From Leptospira sp. (GTDB lineage: Bacteria > Spirochaetota > Leptospiria > Leptospirales > Leptospiraceae): a stretch of DNA of 64,000 nt. The translations under genes and the position numbers were made by a program. Positions 41,722-52,107 of this stretch are shown here, piece by piece. Numbering within the stretch: position 1 is the stretch's first letter; each line of letters starts with the position of its first letter. The notes under the pieces are model-generated. The model was not told where the DNA came from and searched no databases. It saw nothing but the letters and a program-made list of their open reading frames with translations. Location: NCBI GenBank assembly GCA_034439575.1, contig JAWXAQ010000036.1, forward strand, positions 1-64,000. The letters run 5' to 3'.

Positions 41722-42399
41722 ATGCTTCCAACGAAAAAAATTCTTATCATTGAAGACGAACCAGGAATTCTTGAAACAATTGAAATTGCTTTAAATCAAG
41801 AAGGTTTTCATCCCATTTCGGCAATGACTGGAGGCGAAGGTCTAAAAATTTTATCTTCTGAAATTCAATTAGTTATTTTAGATATTGGTTTACCCGATAA
41901 AAGTGGATTTGAAATATTAAAGGATATTCGTTCAAAACACCAAGTACCTGTTATACTGCTGACGGCACGCGATTCTGAGATTGATAAGGTTTTGGGATTG
42001 GAGTTAGGAGCGGATGACTACGTCGTGAAACCATTTAGCCCGAGAGAACTTATATCACGAATCAAAGCTATATTACGCAGAACTGCGACACAAGAAAAGC
42101 CAATACTATCACCGATCCGAATCAATCTTGAAAAAAAAATCATTCATTATTTTGATAAGATGTTGGCACTTTCACCTTATGAATACAAAACATTAGAATT
42201 ATTTATAAGATATCCAGGTAGGATTTTTACACGAGAAGAAATAATGGACATGGTCTGGACGGAACCAGAGGATAGTTTTGACAGAGCCGTTGACACAGTG
42301 ATAAAAAATATTAGAGCCAGAATGAAAGAAATTAATAATGAATTGGATCCTATCGAAACTCGTCGCGGCTTAGGATATGGTTTAAAAGAAAATTTATGA
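41722..42399 (+). CDS. creB: OmpR-family response regulator CreB
   Basis: IIEDE, LDIGLPD, LGADDYVVKPFSPREL, winged helix ETRRGLGY; upstream of creC/creD. Confidence 0.88.
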   Translation: MLPTKKILIIEDEPGILETIEIALNQEGFHPISAMTGGEGLKILSSEIQLVILDIGLPDKSGFEILKDIRSKHQVPVILLTARDSEIDKVLGLELGADDYVVKPFSPRELISRIKAILRRTATQEKPILSPIRINLEKKIIHYFDKMLALSPYEYKTLELFIRYPGRIFTREEIMDMVWTEPEDSFDRAVDTVIKNIRARMKEINNELDPIETRRGLGYGLKENL

Positions 42400-43834
42400 A
42401 ATTGTGGATCAGTGTGATGTTCGGTTTTTTTTTGTCCTCGGAGCCGGTTTTTATTATTTAATCAATAATACTGAAGATTCGATTCGTCCGCGTTATATGG
42501 AGACAGTGGAAGAATCTTTGAATGATACAGCTCATCTTCTATCTGCAAGTATAGAAGTCAAATTACCAAAAACAAAAATAAATCCATTAACTTTTAAACG
42601 TATAACTACCGATACATTAGGTCCAATGTTTCAAAATACAGGATCTAGGAGATTTGAGGCAAAGATATATAGTTTAATAAAAAAAGAAGCTGATTTACAA
42701 GCATATGTAACAAATGCCCAAGGAATTGTCATTTTTGATTCGGAAGGGTACCGTGTTGGTCTCGACTATTCAAAGTTTAACGATGTTTATTTAACTCTCA
42801 AAGGAAAATACGGCGCGAGATCAAGTAAGTTGTTGGATCCAAATGAAGAAGGCGCTTTGTTTGTCGCGGCTCCAATTAAATTAAATGAAGTAATCATTGG
42901 CGTATTAACTGTCATCAAACCGAAAATAGGTGTTGTCCCATTCATTCAATTAGCCAAGGAAAAATTTTGGCGGATTAGTTTGATCGTTGCTATATCAATT
43001 GCCATTGTTTTTAGCATACTTGCTTATCTTCTGTTTCGGCCCATTGGAAAATTATCATCCTATGTATCAAGTCTTAGAAACAAAAAAAGAATTCCATTTC
43101 CTAAAATTGGCCTAAAGGAACTTGAACTCTTAGGACAAGAAATGAATACACTTATATCTGAATTGGAAGGTAAAGAATATATTGAAAATTACATTCAAAC
43201 CTTAACTCATGAAATCAAAAGTCCACTATCCTCTATCCTTGCTTCTGCCGAATTGATTAAAAACCAAAATGAGAATTCATCTCGACTCACAAAAAATATT
43301 CAGCGTGAAGGCAAACGCATACAAAATATCATTGAGCATTTGTTAGAACTATCATCCCTTGAAGGCAAAAGATTCATTCAAAAAAATGAAAAAATTGAGT
43401 TATTGAATATGGTAAAGGGAATGATAGATATTTTTTTTACTGAAGCTCAATCTAAGTCCATTCGTATCGAAGCTATTGGAAACGTGACTTATGTTATAGG
43501 GGACAAAAATTATATTGAGATTGCTGTCAAAAACCTGCTCCGCAATTCAATCGATTTTTCTAAACCCGGTGATAATATAAAGATAATTATAAAATCGCAT
43601 GAGCCAAATTATACCGAATTGATTGTGTTAGATGAAGGTCAAAAAATTCCAGAGTATGCATTGGAGAAAGTGACAGAGCGGTTTTATTCTCTTCCACGTC
43701 CCGATACAAAACTAAAAAGTTCTGGTCTGGGTCTCAGTATTGTAAAACAAATCGCAGAATTACATCATGCAAAATTTGAAATCAAAAATCGAGAAGAGTC
43801 CGGAGTAGAAGCAAAATTAACCTTTTTTAACTAA
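42396..43834 (+). pseudogene. creC: Sensor kinase CreC, frameshifted at T9 tract 42425-42433 as written
   Basis: ATG 42396 overlaps creB stop and reads MKLWISVMFGFF to a stop at 42461; body (NDVYLTLKGKYGARS, THEIKSPL, FYSLPRP) is in another frame. Confidence 0.8.
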
Positions 43835-43844
43835 ATAATTTATC

Positions 43845-43898
43845 CTCACACAATCCTCACAATTCACTCATAATTTCCACATTCATTGCTCCTAGAAT
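43845..43898 (+). promoter_or_regulatory. cre-tag-like direct repeats and -10 of creD
   Basis: CTCAC (43845), CTCAC (43856), CTCAT (43867) at 11-bp period; TAGAAT 43893-43898. Confidence 0.75.
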
Positions 43899-43914
43899 AG
43901 AATTTATTAGGAGA

Positions 43915-45243
43915 ATGAATATGAGTAAATTTCAAACATCAATCAATATTAGATTAATTATTTTGGCAGGAATGGTAATCGCATTTCTGATTCCACTGCA
44001 AATGATTACTTCTTTAATCGAGGAGAGAAGTCTTTCAAGGGACACAGCCTCAGAAGAAATGAGTGAGAAATGGGGCAAGAATCAGAGTATTACAGGTCCA
44101 ATTTTACAAATACCATATAACGTTCGTATACCGAATCCTTTAGCTAAGAACTCAAAAGAAAAGTGGGATTATGTGACGGACTATGCTTATTTTTTGCCGG
44201 ATGAATTGGATTATTCGGCAGAACTTACAACCGAACTTCGAAAGAGGAGCATTTATGAAACTCCGTTATATTTAGCAAAGATCAAAGCAAATGGAAAATT
44301 TTCTGCAATTAGCTCAGAAGAATTTCCTTCAGATACCACTTACATTTATTATGAAGATGCAAAAGTAATTTTTAATATAAGTGATGTAAAGGGATTAGGT
44401 GGTGAAATAAAATTTTTATGGAACGGTAAAAAGAAAAATTTATTACCCGGAACTAAATCGAATGTATTTTTCAGTGGCCTTCACGCACCGATCCACCTAA
44501 ATTCAGATGATTATACTTTTCAAATTGATTTTGATTTGAAAGGATCAGAAAATTTGAATTTTGCACCTATTGGTAAGGTCACAAAAACCAATATCAGTGC
44601 CGATTGGAAAGATCCATCATTTAGCGGCAATATACTCCCCAAGGATAGATCGATCACCGAACAAGGATTTACTGCGATTTGGGAAACGAATTATTTTGGA
44701 AGAAATTATCCGCAAAGTTTTACTTCTCTTGATTCCACAACGGCTGAAATCATTTTGAATTCGGGATCCGGAGTCAATTTAATCCAACCTATAGATTATT
44801 ATCACAAAATCCAAAGAGCTACCAAATATGGGATTTTACTCTTAGTTACTAGCTTTTCCTTATTTTTCTTGATGGAAATTTTTGGCGGAGTGATCTTGCA
44901 TCCGATTCAATATCTTTTGATAGGAAGTGCGATGATAGTTTTTTATATACTAAATCTTTCTTTGTCAGAGCATATTGGTTTTCTATCTGCATACTGTTTG
45001 GCTTCATTGGCTGTCACTGGACTTATCGGGTATTATGCGACAAGTGTATTGAATAGTTCAAAGAAAGGTATGATCACAGGAATTTATTATCTTCTATTGT
45101 ATCTTTTTATCTATATCATACTTTCTTCGGAAGAACATGCATTGTTACTCGGTTCCTTCGCATTGTTTATCGTAGTTGCTTGTTTAATGCACTTCACAAG
45201 AAAAATAGATTGGTATCAATTTGGTAAAAAAAATACGAATTAA
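43915..45243 (+). CDS. creD: Inner membrane protein CreD
   Basis: LIEER, WGKNQSITGP, PSFSG..LP, RATKYG, HPIQYLLIG, SLSEHIGF, TRKIDWY. Confidence 0.95.
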   Translation: MNMSKFQTSINIRLIILAGMVIAFLIPLQMITSLIEERSLSRDTASEEMSEKWGKNQSITGPILQIPYNVRIPNPLAKNSKEKWDYVTDYAYFLPDELDYSAELTTELRKRSIYETPLYLAKIKANGKFSAISSEEFPSDTTYIYYEDAKVIFNISDVKGLGGEIKFLWNGKKKNLLPGTKSNVFFSGLHAPIHLNSDDYTFQIDFDLKGSENLNFAPIGKVTKTNISADWKDPSFSGNILPKDRSITEQGFTAIWETNYFGRNYPQSFTSLDSTTAEIILNSGSGVNLIQPIDYYHKIQRATKYGILLLVTSFSLFFLMEIFGGVILHPIQYLLIGSAMIVFYILNLSLSEHIGFLSAYCLASLAVTGLIGYYATSVLNSSKKGMITGIYYLLLYLFIYIILSSEEHALLLGSFALFIVVACLMHFTRKIDWYQFGKKNTN

Positions 45244-45343
45244 ACATTGAAGTAAAACTTTGATATCATTTCCAGTGATAGAGATAAAAACTCTATTCTG
45301 GAAATGTTTATGTACTTAACTGTATTTCAATAACGATTCAAAA

Positions 45344-45874
45344 TTATTTTTTATTCCTATCAGATTTTTCCCAATCTTTTCGATTCAATATATGAACAAG
45401 GCATTCATCCTCACCAAACATTCTTATACCGACAGGAATAAATCCCAGTCTCTGATAGAATGTATGAGCTCTAATATTATTTGACAAAGGATCGATAAGG
45501 ACTGCTTTGATGGAAGGATTAGAAAAACAAATTTGTAAGGCATGTTTCATCATCAATGTCCCATAACCTTTGTTTAAAAAGTCTATTTCCCCAATCCATA
45601 TATCTATGGCCCGTATATTCTCTTCCACATCACCCCAGTAATGTGACTCTTCTTCCTTAGGGTCTATGATTTGAATGAAACCTATTGGTTTTTCATTGAC
45701 ACTGGCTATTAACTGATCACGCCAAGGTGGATTTTTTTGTAATTCAGTTTCCCACAACCAGTCATCGTTGGGATCCGAAACAATGACATGCTCTTCATTA
45801 TCCCAACGATTTAATATTTCAAGATCATCGATTGTAGCGTTTCTAAATTTAAGCTGGTACTCCATTTTCAACAT
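45344..45874 (-). CDS. GNAT acetyltransferase, AAC(6')-Ib/Acetyltransf_8-like
   Basis: PIGFIQ, RAIDIWIGE..LNKGYG, DPLSNNIRA..FYQRLGF. Confidence 0.85.
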   Translation of the reverse strand: MLKMEYQLKFRNATIDDLEILNRWDNEEHVIVSDPNDDWLWETELQKNPPWRDQLIASVNEKPIGFIQIIDPKEEESHYWGDVEENIRAIDIWIGEIDFLNKGYGTLMMKHALQICFSNPSIKAVLIDPLSNNIRAHTFYQRLGFIPVGIRMFGEDECLVHILNRKDWEKSDRNKK

Positions 45875-47594
45875 TGACTTCCTGTAATCGAATTAAATTC
45901 CCGCTAACGATAGCTAGTGAATCGATATGGTATTCTTTGTTATAAGACTGCCTAATTTTTTTTCTATCACCATTGGAACGATAAGCCGCTCTCTCCATAA
46001 GATAACTAACAACTAACCTTGCCGCCGATTCCACAACTTCAAAGGCATATTTTTCTCGAAGATTGGTATCAGAAAAACTTTTCCAATTTTCTACCAGGAC
46101 TTCAAAGTTGGTTCGAATTTTCTTTAAAACTGGAGTGGAAGTAAAGTCTTTAGAAAGATGATCTAAATAAGCGCGGAATATACCTGATTGCGACATTCCT
46201 GAGGTAATGCCACCTATGGCAGCATTGACCTGAATTTGTGTGGTTCCATCGTAGATATTTGTGATTCGGGCATCCCGGTACAATCTGGATAAATCATATT
46301 CTTCTGTATATCCGGCACCTCCAAACACTTGTAATGCGTCATAAACCAAATCATTACACGTTTCCGAATTGAAATATTTAGAAATGGGGGTGAGAGTATT
46401 TGCCACTTTTTCCCAAAATTTTGATTCTTTGACTTCGACGCTATTGGGATCTTGGTTTTTAAGATCTTCGGCCCAATAATATTTGTCAACGGAGTAGGCG
46501 GCTTCCACCATTAAACAGCGCATAGCCGAGATTTCCCTTTCCATACGATCAAGTAATTTTTTAACTGCAGGAATTTCAATGATAGGTTTTCCGAATTGGA
46601 TGCGTTCCTTAGCATATTTTGTTGCTTCTTCAAAAGCTGCTGTCGCTATGCCTGTTCCTTGAGAAGATACACTGAGTCTCGCTCCATTGAGCATACCCAT
46701 TACATACTTGACTAAACCATATCCTTCTTTGCCAACTAGGTGTGCTTTGCTATTTTCATAGACCACCTCACAGGTAGCAGATGCTTTGATTCCTAGTTTT
46801 TTTTCAATTCCTTGGATAGAATAATCTTTATTTTCTACTATAAAAAAAGATAATCCTCTCGCTCCACTTTCTTGTGTACCATTTCTCGCTAAAGTGAGAG
46901 TCAATCCAGGTTCACCATTGATACCGCAGGCAACGGTTTGATATCTTTTGGTGCCAGTGATAAACCACTCTTCTCCCTTTTTAATCGCTTTGGTTGTGAC
47001 ATTCGGTAAATCCGAGCCGTAATCTGGTTCAGAAAGACCCATCGTCACACAGTAGTTATTTGCTATAATTTTCGGTATCCATTCATTTTGCATCTCTTCC
47101 GAGGCACATCTTTCTAAGATACTTGCCAGTCCCATGCTTCCTACCGCGATCGTAATAGAACTGTCGGATCTATACATCAATTCGGCAATCATAGCTTTCA
47201 CAATATTTGGAACACCGAGTCCACCAAACTTTCGTTTGAATCCTGCTGGACCAAGGCCTGCTTCGTGATATTTGTGAATCACATCTACCATTGCCTGTGG
47301 GTGTTTAACTTCTCCATTTTCAAAGCTCAAACCTTCCCAATCCACTTCTTGTGCGACTTGCGAAACATACATTCCAGATATCTCACCACAAGATTTTAAG
47401 ATTTCTTCATAGTATGCGATCGCTTCATCGAGATTATTCGGAGCCATTTCCAATTTTGGATTTTTTGTTTGTTCATATGATTTCGCATCAGCGAAGTTAT
47501 GTTCATATGTATTTACAACTTCGTTCCAATCAATCAGTGAATAGAAATGTTCTTTAAGATCTTCATTTGTGCTAAAATAATTACTTTGAATCAT
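45849..47594 (-). CDS. Acyl-CoA dehydrogenase
   Basis: MGLSEPDYGSDL, EKKLGIKASATC, ERIQFG, QVFGGAGY, RDARITNIYDGTTQIQ. Confidence 0.95.
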   Translation of the reverse strand: MIQSNYFSTNEDLKEHFYSLIDWNEVVNTYEHNFADAKSYEQTKNPKLEMAPNNLDEAIAYYEEILKSCGEISGMYVSQVAQEVDWEGLSFENGEVKHPQAMVDVIHKYHEAGLGPAGFKRKFGGLGVPNIVKAMIAELMYRSDSSITIAVGSMGLASILERCASEEMQNEWIPKIIANNYCVTMGLSEPDYGSDLPNVTTKAIKKGEEWFITGTKRYQTVACGINGEPGLTLTLARNGTQESGARGLSFFIVENKDYSIQGIEKKLGIKASATCEVVYENSKAHLVGKEGYGLVKYVMGMLNGARLSVSSQGTGIATAAFEEATKYAKERIQFGKPIIEIPAVKKLLDRMEREISAMRCLMVEAAYSVDKYYWAEDLKNQDPNSVEVKESKFWEKVANTLTPISKYFNSETCNDLVYDALQVFGGAGYTEEYDLSRLYRDARITNIYDGTTQIQVNAAIGGITSGMSQSGIFRAYLDHLSKDFTSTPVLKKIRTNFEVLVENWKSFSDTNLREKYAFEVVESAARLVVSYLMERAAYRSNGDRKKIRQSYNKEYHIDSLAIVSGNLIRLQEVNVENGVPA

Positions 47595-47687
47595 GCTGTA
47601 CCTGTCTTCTTGCTAAAATTGGAATGTATAATCAGAACAGGCGATCAAAAAATTTGTTTCAAAAATAAAATTCCAAACAAAATGAAA

Positions 47688-47709
47688 ATTTAGACCGAAC
47701 GGTCTAAAT
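47688..47709. promoter_or_regulatory. 10-bp-arm palindrome: TetR-type operator and/or terminator
   Basis: ATTTAGACCG-AA-CGGTCTAAAT. Confidence 0.65.
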
Positions 47710-47712
47710 AAA

Positions 47713-48150
47713 TCATTCCTTAGACTCTGCAAATTTTTTGAAATTCGTTAGGTAGGTCATGGATTGTTTTTTAAACATAGAAGGAAAGATCCAACCAACG
47801 ATTTTCATAAATCCTTTAAATTGAAATTCTTGTTCAGAAATATAGTTAGTTTGATTTTCTGAAATTTCTATAAATTTATTTTTTACGATATTAAATACGC
47901 CTTGTGCTTCATAAGTTCCAGAAAATTCATCGGGTAGATTTCTGACTGTAATCGTTTCGATTAATTCCATTGTCCGTTTGCCCATTTGAAATTTTAATCT
48001 CGATTTAGTTCCTACTTCACCAGTCTTTCCGGAAATAGTTTCAAAACTAATGAGACCTGGCATCCATTCTTTCAAATAGTCAGGATTATCAAAAAGTTCG
48101 ATGACTCGCGTGCGCGGTAAATTGATTGTAATAGAGACTGTGTAGATCAT
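47713..48150 (-). CDS. SRPBCC-family protein
   Basis: ITINLPR..V..LFDNPD..KEWMPGL, C-terminal helix FKKFAE. Confidence 0.88.
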   Translation of the reverse strand: MIYTVSITINLPRTRVIELFDNPDYLKEWMPGLISFETISGKTGEVGTKSRLKFQMGKRTMELIETITVRNLPDEFSGTYEAQGVFNIVKNKFIEISENQTNYISEQEFQFKGFMKIVGWIFPSMFKKQSMTYLTNFKKFAESKE

Positions 48151-48241
48151 ATAAATTCCTTTGATTATAATAAGTATTCAAATCCTTAAGATTGACAATC
48201 AAAAAGATAAATATCATTGTCTAAAGGTAGATAGGAGTTTT

Positions 48242-49048
48242 ATGAAAAAATATCTAATTTTATTATTAGTTCTAACAATTGTAAATTGTTCCAGTACACC
48301 AACGGCAAACTTGCCAGTAAAAAGCACAGTCGAAGGAAAAGCTTTAGAATATAAGCTTGATGGCAAAACTTACGAAGGTTATATGGCCGTAGATAAGTCA
48401 ATTAGCGGAAAGAGACCAGGCATTCTTGTCATACATGAATGGTGGGGACTCAATGAATATCCAAAACAAAGAGCAAGACAACTGGCTGATCTTGGTTATA
48501 CGGCATTTGTTATGGATGTCTATGGAAAAGGAATCATTGCGGCAGATCACAATGAAGCAGGCAAATTATCTGGTGCGAACAGCGATTCAAAGGTACTCCT
48601 AAAGAAAATTAGTGAAGCAATGAAAATTCTTAAAGCAGATCCAAGTGTGGATGCAAATCAAATTGGTGCTATAGGTTATTGTTTTGGGGGAATGGGTGTG
48701 ATAGAAATTGCACTTGATGGCCAAAATTTGAAAGGGGGGATTGTATCATTCCATGGTATGCTTGGTAGTAAAAATTTAAGCAGTGGAGCAAAAAAAGTAA
48801 AAACGAAAATGCTCGTTCATCATGGTGCTGATGATCCTTTTATCCCAAAAGATGCTGTCACTAACTTCGTAAAAACATTAGAAGAAGCGAAAGCACCTTT
48901 GAAATTTGTAGCTCACCCAGGTGCCGTACATGGTTTCACTCGACCTGGATCTGAAAAACATGGACTTCCTGGTTTATCGTATAACAAAGACGCAGATTAT
49001 GCATCCTTTGAAAGTATGAAATCATTTTTCGCTGAAAACTTTAAATAG
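48242..49048 (+). CDS. Dienelactone hydrolase-family lipoprotein
   Basis: AGGAG before ATG 48242; lipobox IVNC; HEWWG, GYCFGG, HGADDP, HGF. Confidence 0.92.
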   Translation: MKKYLILLLVLTIVNCSSTPTANLPVKSTVEGKALEYKLDGKTYEGYMAVDKSISGKRPGILVIHEWWGLNEYPKQRARQLADLGYTAFVMDVYGKGIIAADHNEAGKLSGANSDSKVLLKKISEAMKILKADPSVDANQIGAIGYCFGGMGVIEIALDGQNLKGGIVSFHGMLGSKNLSSGAKKVKTKMLVHHGADDPFIPKDAVTNFVKTLEEAKAPLKFVAHPGAVHGFTRPGSEKHGLPGLSYNKDADYASFESMKSFFAENFK

Positions 49049-52000
49049 ACGATCGGCAAAATAAATAGTGTCAGAAAACTAGAAGTTACTAAGCCACCAA
49101 TAACAACCGTTGCCAGGGGCCTTTGCACTTCCGCCCCTGGTGATGTACTGATTGCCATAGGTATAAATCCTATCGAAGCTAACAATGCCGTTGTTAATAC
49201 TGGGCGCAGTCGAAGATTTGATGCTTCCAAAACAGCATCAAATGTATTCTTGCCACTAACTTCAAGTTGGCGAACGAATGTCACAAGTACAAGTCCGTTC
49301 AATACCGCTATCCCAAATAAGGCAATAAAGCCGATTCCAGCAGAAATGCTAAACGGCATTTGCCGTAAGCTAAGGGCAAAAATACCACCTGTAACTGCTA
49401 GGGGAACATTCAGAAAAATAATTAAAGATGGCTTCCATGATTGAAAGGCAAGATATAAAATAAAGAGGATGATCATTAGCGTAACGGGAACTACAAAAAT
49501 TAAAGTATTCACCGCCGATTGAAATTTTTGAAATTCGCCACCAAGCTCATAACGATAACCAGGTGGAAAAATAACTTTTTTATCAATGGCTTTTTTAACA
49601 TTTTTAACCGTACTCAGCATATCATTTCCACGGATATTAAATTGAACCAGAGCAATTCTATTTTGATCCTGATGATTAATTTGGACTGGTCCATCTTCAA
49701 TCCGGATGTCGGACAACTCACTTAAAGGTACATTTTGTCCATTTGATAAATTGATTGGCAAGTATTTAATATTTTCAATGATTCCATTTAGATCAGATTT
49801 TAAAACAATATCAAATCTCCGCATACCTTCATAAACGACACCTAACATATGACCAGAAGAAATGGTTTCTACAGCATCATTTACTACTTTGACCGATTGT
49901 CCATATCTTGCTAATTTATTTCTATTTGGTGTTATGCGAAGATACTCCAAACCAGAAAGTTGTTCAATACGTAAATCAGTAACTCCTTTTTCATTTCGTA
50001 TATTTTCAGAAATTGACTCGCCAATTTCTTTTAACTTTTGTAAGTCGTCTCCATAAATTTTGATTCCAACATCCGCGCGAATGCCCGCCATAATTTCATT
50101 GTTTCTCATTTCGATCGGTTGGGAAATGCCAAAGGAAACTTCTGGAACTTGTTCACTTAAAATATTGGAAATTTTTGTTTCCAATTCTTCTTTGCTTTGG
50201 CTCCACTCTTTTCTCGGTTTCAATTCAAGATAAACATCAGTTTTATCTATTCCCATTGGTTCTACCGCTAATTCAGGTGAACCTGTTCTAGATGTGATAC
50301 CTGTAATTTCAGAAATTTGATTTAACAAAAGTTTCTCAATTTTTAGGGATGTATCTATTGAATTCTGTAAAGAAGAAGAAGGAAGTCTTGTAATTTCAAT
50401 GAGTAAGTTTCCTTCATCCAATTTTGGCAAAAACTCACCGCCCATAAAAATAAACATAACAATTGAGCTGACAAAAATAAGAACAGTTGTGACCATTGCT
50501 ACTTTGCTATTAGAAATCATATAATTTAACTTAGGTGAATACCAGGTTAAAATTTTGTGAAAAAATAATGTCTCGTTATGCGAGTTAGCATCAGATTTTA
50601 ATAAATAAGAGGCAAGAACTGGAATAATTGTTAATGTAAGGAAAAAAGCACCGAGTAATGCAAATAACACGGTTGTTGCCATTGGAATAAACATTTTACC
50701 TTCTGTTCCGCCCAATACGAAAATTGGAATGTACACTATGCCGATGATGATTTCACCAAAGATAGTGGCCTTTCTAACTTCAATCGTAGCATTCAAAATG
50801 GTTTCTTGTTTTTCTGATTGTGTTAATTGGCGTCCAAATTCTTTTCCTTTTTCTAACAATCGCCGATGTGAGTTTTCTATTAAAATGACAGCACCATCTA
50901 CGATAAGACCAAAATCTATGGCGCCCATTGACATCAAGTTAGCTGGTAAATCTCTTAAATGCATCATTCCTAAGGCAAAAAGCATCGCCAATGGAATGAT
51001 ACTTGCAATTACTAGTCCTGAGCGAATATCTCCAATCATCACAAACAAAATAATGATAACAAGAATTGCGCCTTCTGATAAATTCCAAATTACTGTTTGA
51101 ATCGAATTGGAAACCATAATCGTACGATCATAGTAAGGAACTATCTTCAGACCAATGGGCAGTGTCTTTTGAATCGATAGGATTTTTTCTTTGACTGCCC
51201 CAGTAACTTCTAATGAATTTTGACCAATTAACATAAGTGTGACGGCACCTACGACTTCGCCTTTTCCATTTGCAGTTGCAGCACCCTTTCTAAGTTTGAA
51301 GCCTTCCTCAATTCTCGCAACGGATTTGATTTGAATAGGGAATCCATCTTTTGTTTGACTAATTTGAATTTTTTGAATGTCCTCTATATTTTTTATTAAG
51401 CCATCACTGCTTATGATCAATTGTTCTTTGTTTTTTTCTAAATACCCACTGCCTGTAGATGAATTATTTTTTACTATAGCTTCTGCTATATCAAGAAATG
51501 ATACACCTAACGAAGACATAGCTTGGTGATTTGCTAAAATTTGAAATTCCTTTGTTTTCCCACCAAAGGTATTCACTTCGACTATACCTGGAACAGTTTT
51601 TAACATTGGATTGATAAGCCAATTGAGGTAGGTAGTTTTTTGAATATGATCAAATTCATCTCCTTCCAATGTGAATTGAAATATTTCACCAAGACCAGTT
51701 GTGATCGGTGCAATTTGTGGCGTTCCAAAATTTTTTGGTATTAGGGAACTAACTTCTTGTAATTTTTCACTGATCAATTGTCTACAATTCAACAAATCTG
51801 ATCCATCTTCAAATACCGCTGTGATTAAGGAAAACCCATACCGTGAGACGGAACGCACTTCAATTAATTTGGGAGTTCCTGATATTGCTCTTTCGACAGG
51901 GTAGGTAATATATTGTTCAATCTCCAATGCAGATAATGATGGTGAGGTGGTGATGATTTGCACTTGGATATTTGTTATATCTGGAACTGCATCAATTTTA

Positions 52001-52107
52001 ATTTTTGTCGCACTATTTATCCCAAATAGTACCAATAAAAAAGTGAGAAAAAGTATGATTGGTCTATTGTTTAAGGACCATCTAACAAGATAAGTTAAGA
52101 TTTCCAT
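48997..52107 (-). CDS. czcA: Heavy-metal RND transporter, CzcA/CusA family
   Basis: IDAVPDITN, TTGLGEI, AIDFGLIVDGAVILIEN, FLPKLDEG, GAEVQRPLATVV. Confidence 0.93.
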   Translation of the reverse strand: MEILTYLVRWSLNNRPIILFLTFLLVLFGINSATKIKIDAVPDITNIQVQIITTSPSLSALEIEQYITYPVERAISGTPKLIEVRSVSRYGFSLITAVFEDGSDLLNCRQLISEKLQEVSSLIPKNFGTPQIAPITTGLGEIFQFTLEGDEFDHIQKTTYLNWLINPMLKTVPGIVEVNTFGGKTKEFQILANHQAMSSLGVSFLDIAEAIVKNNSSTGSGYLEKNKEQLIISSDGLIKNIEDIQKIQISQTKDGFPIQIKSVARIEEGFKLRKGAATANGKGEVVGAVTLMLIGQNSLEVTGAVKEKILSIQKTLPIGLKIVPYYDRTIMVSNSIQTVIWNLSEGAILVIIILFVMIGDIRSGLVIASIIPLAMLFALGMMHLRDLPANLMSMGAIDFGLIVDGAVILIENSHRRLLEKGKEFGRQLTQSEKQETILNATIEVRKATIFGEIIIGIVYIPIFVLGGTEGKMFIPMATTVLFALLGAFFLTLTIIPVLASYLLKSDANSHNETLFFHKILTWYSPKLNYMISNSKVAMVTTVLIFVSSIVMFIFMGGEFLPKLDEGNLLIEITRLPSSSLQNSIDTSLKIEKLLLNQISEITGITSRTGSPELAVEPMGIDKTDVYLELKPRKEWSQSKEELETKISNILSEQVPEVSFGISQPIEMRNNEIMAGIRADVGIKIYGDDLQKLKEIGESISENIRNEKGVTDLRIEQLSGLEYLRITPNRNKLARYGQSVKVVNDAVETISSGHMLGVVYEGMRRFDIVLKSDLNGIIENIKYLPINLSNGQNVPLSELSDIRIEDGPVQINHQDQNRIALVQFNIRGNDMLSTVKNVKKAIDKKVIFPPGYRYELGGEFQKFQSAVNTLIFVVPVTLMIILFILYLAFQSWKPSLIIFLNVPLAVTGGIFALSLRQMPFSISAGIGFIALFGIAVLNGLVLVTFVRQLEVSGKNTFDAVLEASNLRLRPVLTTALLASIGFIPMAISTSPGAEVQRPLATVVIGGLVTSSFLTLFILPIVYLKFSAKNDFILSKDA

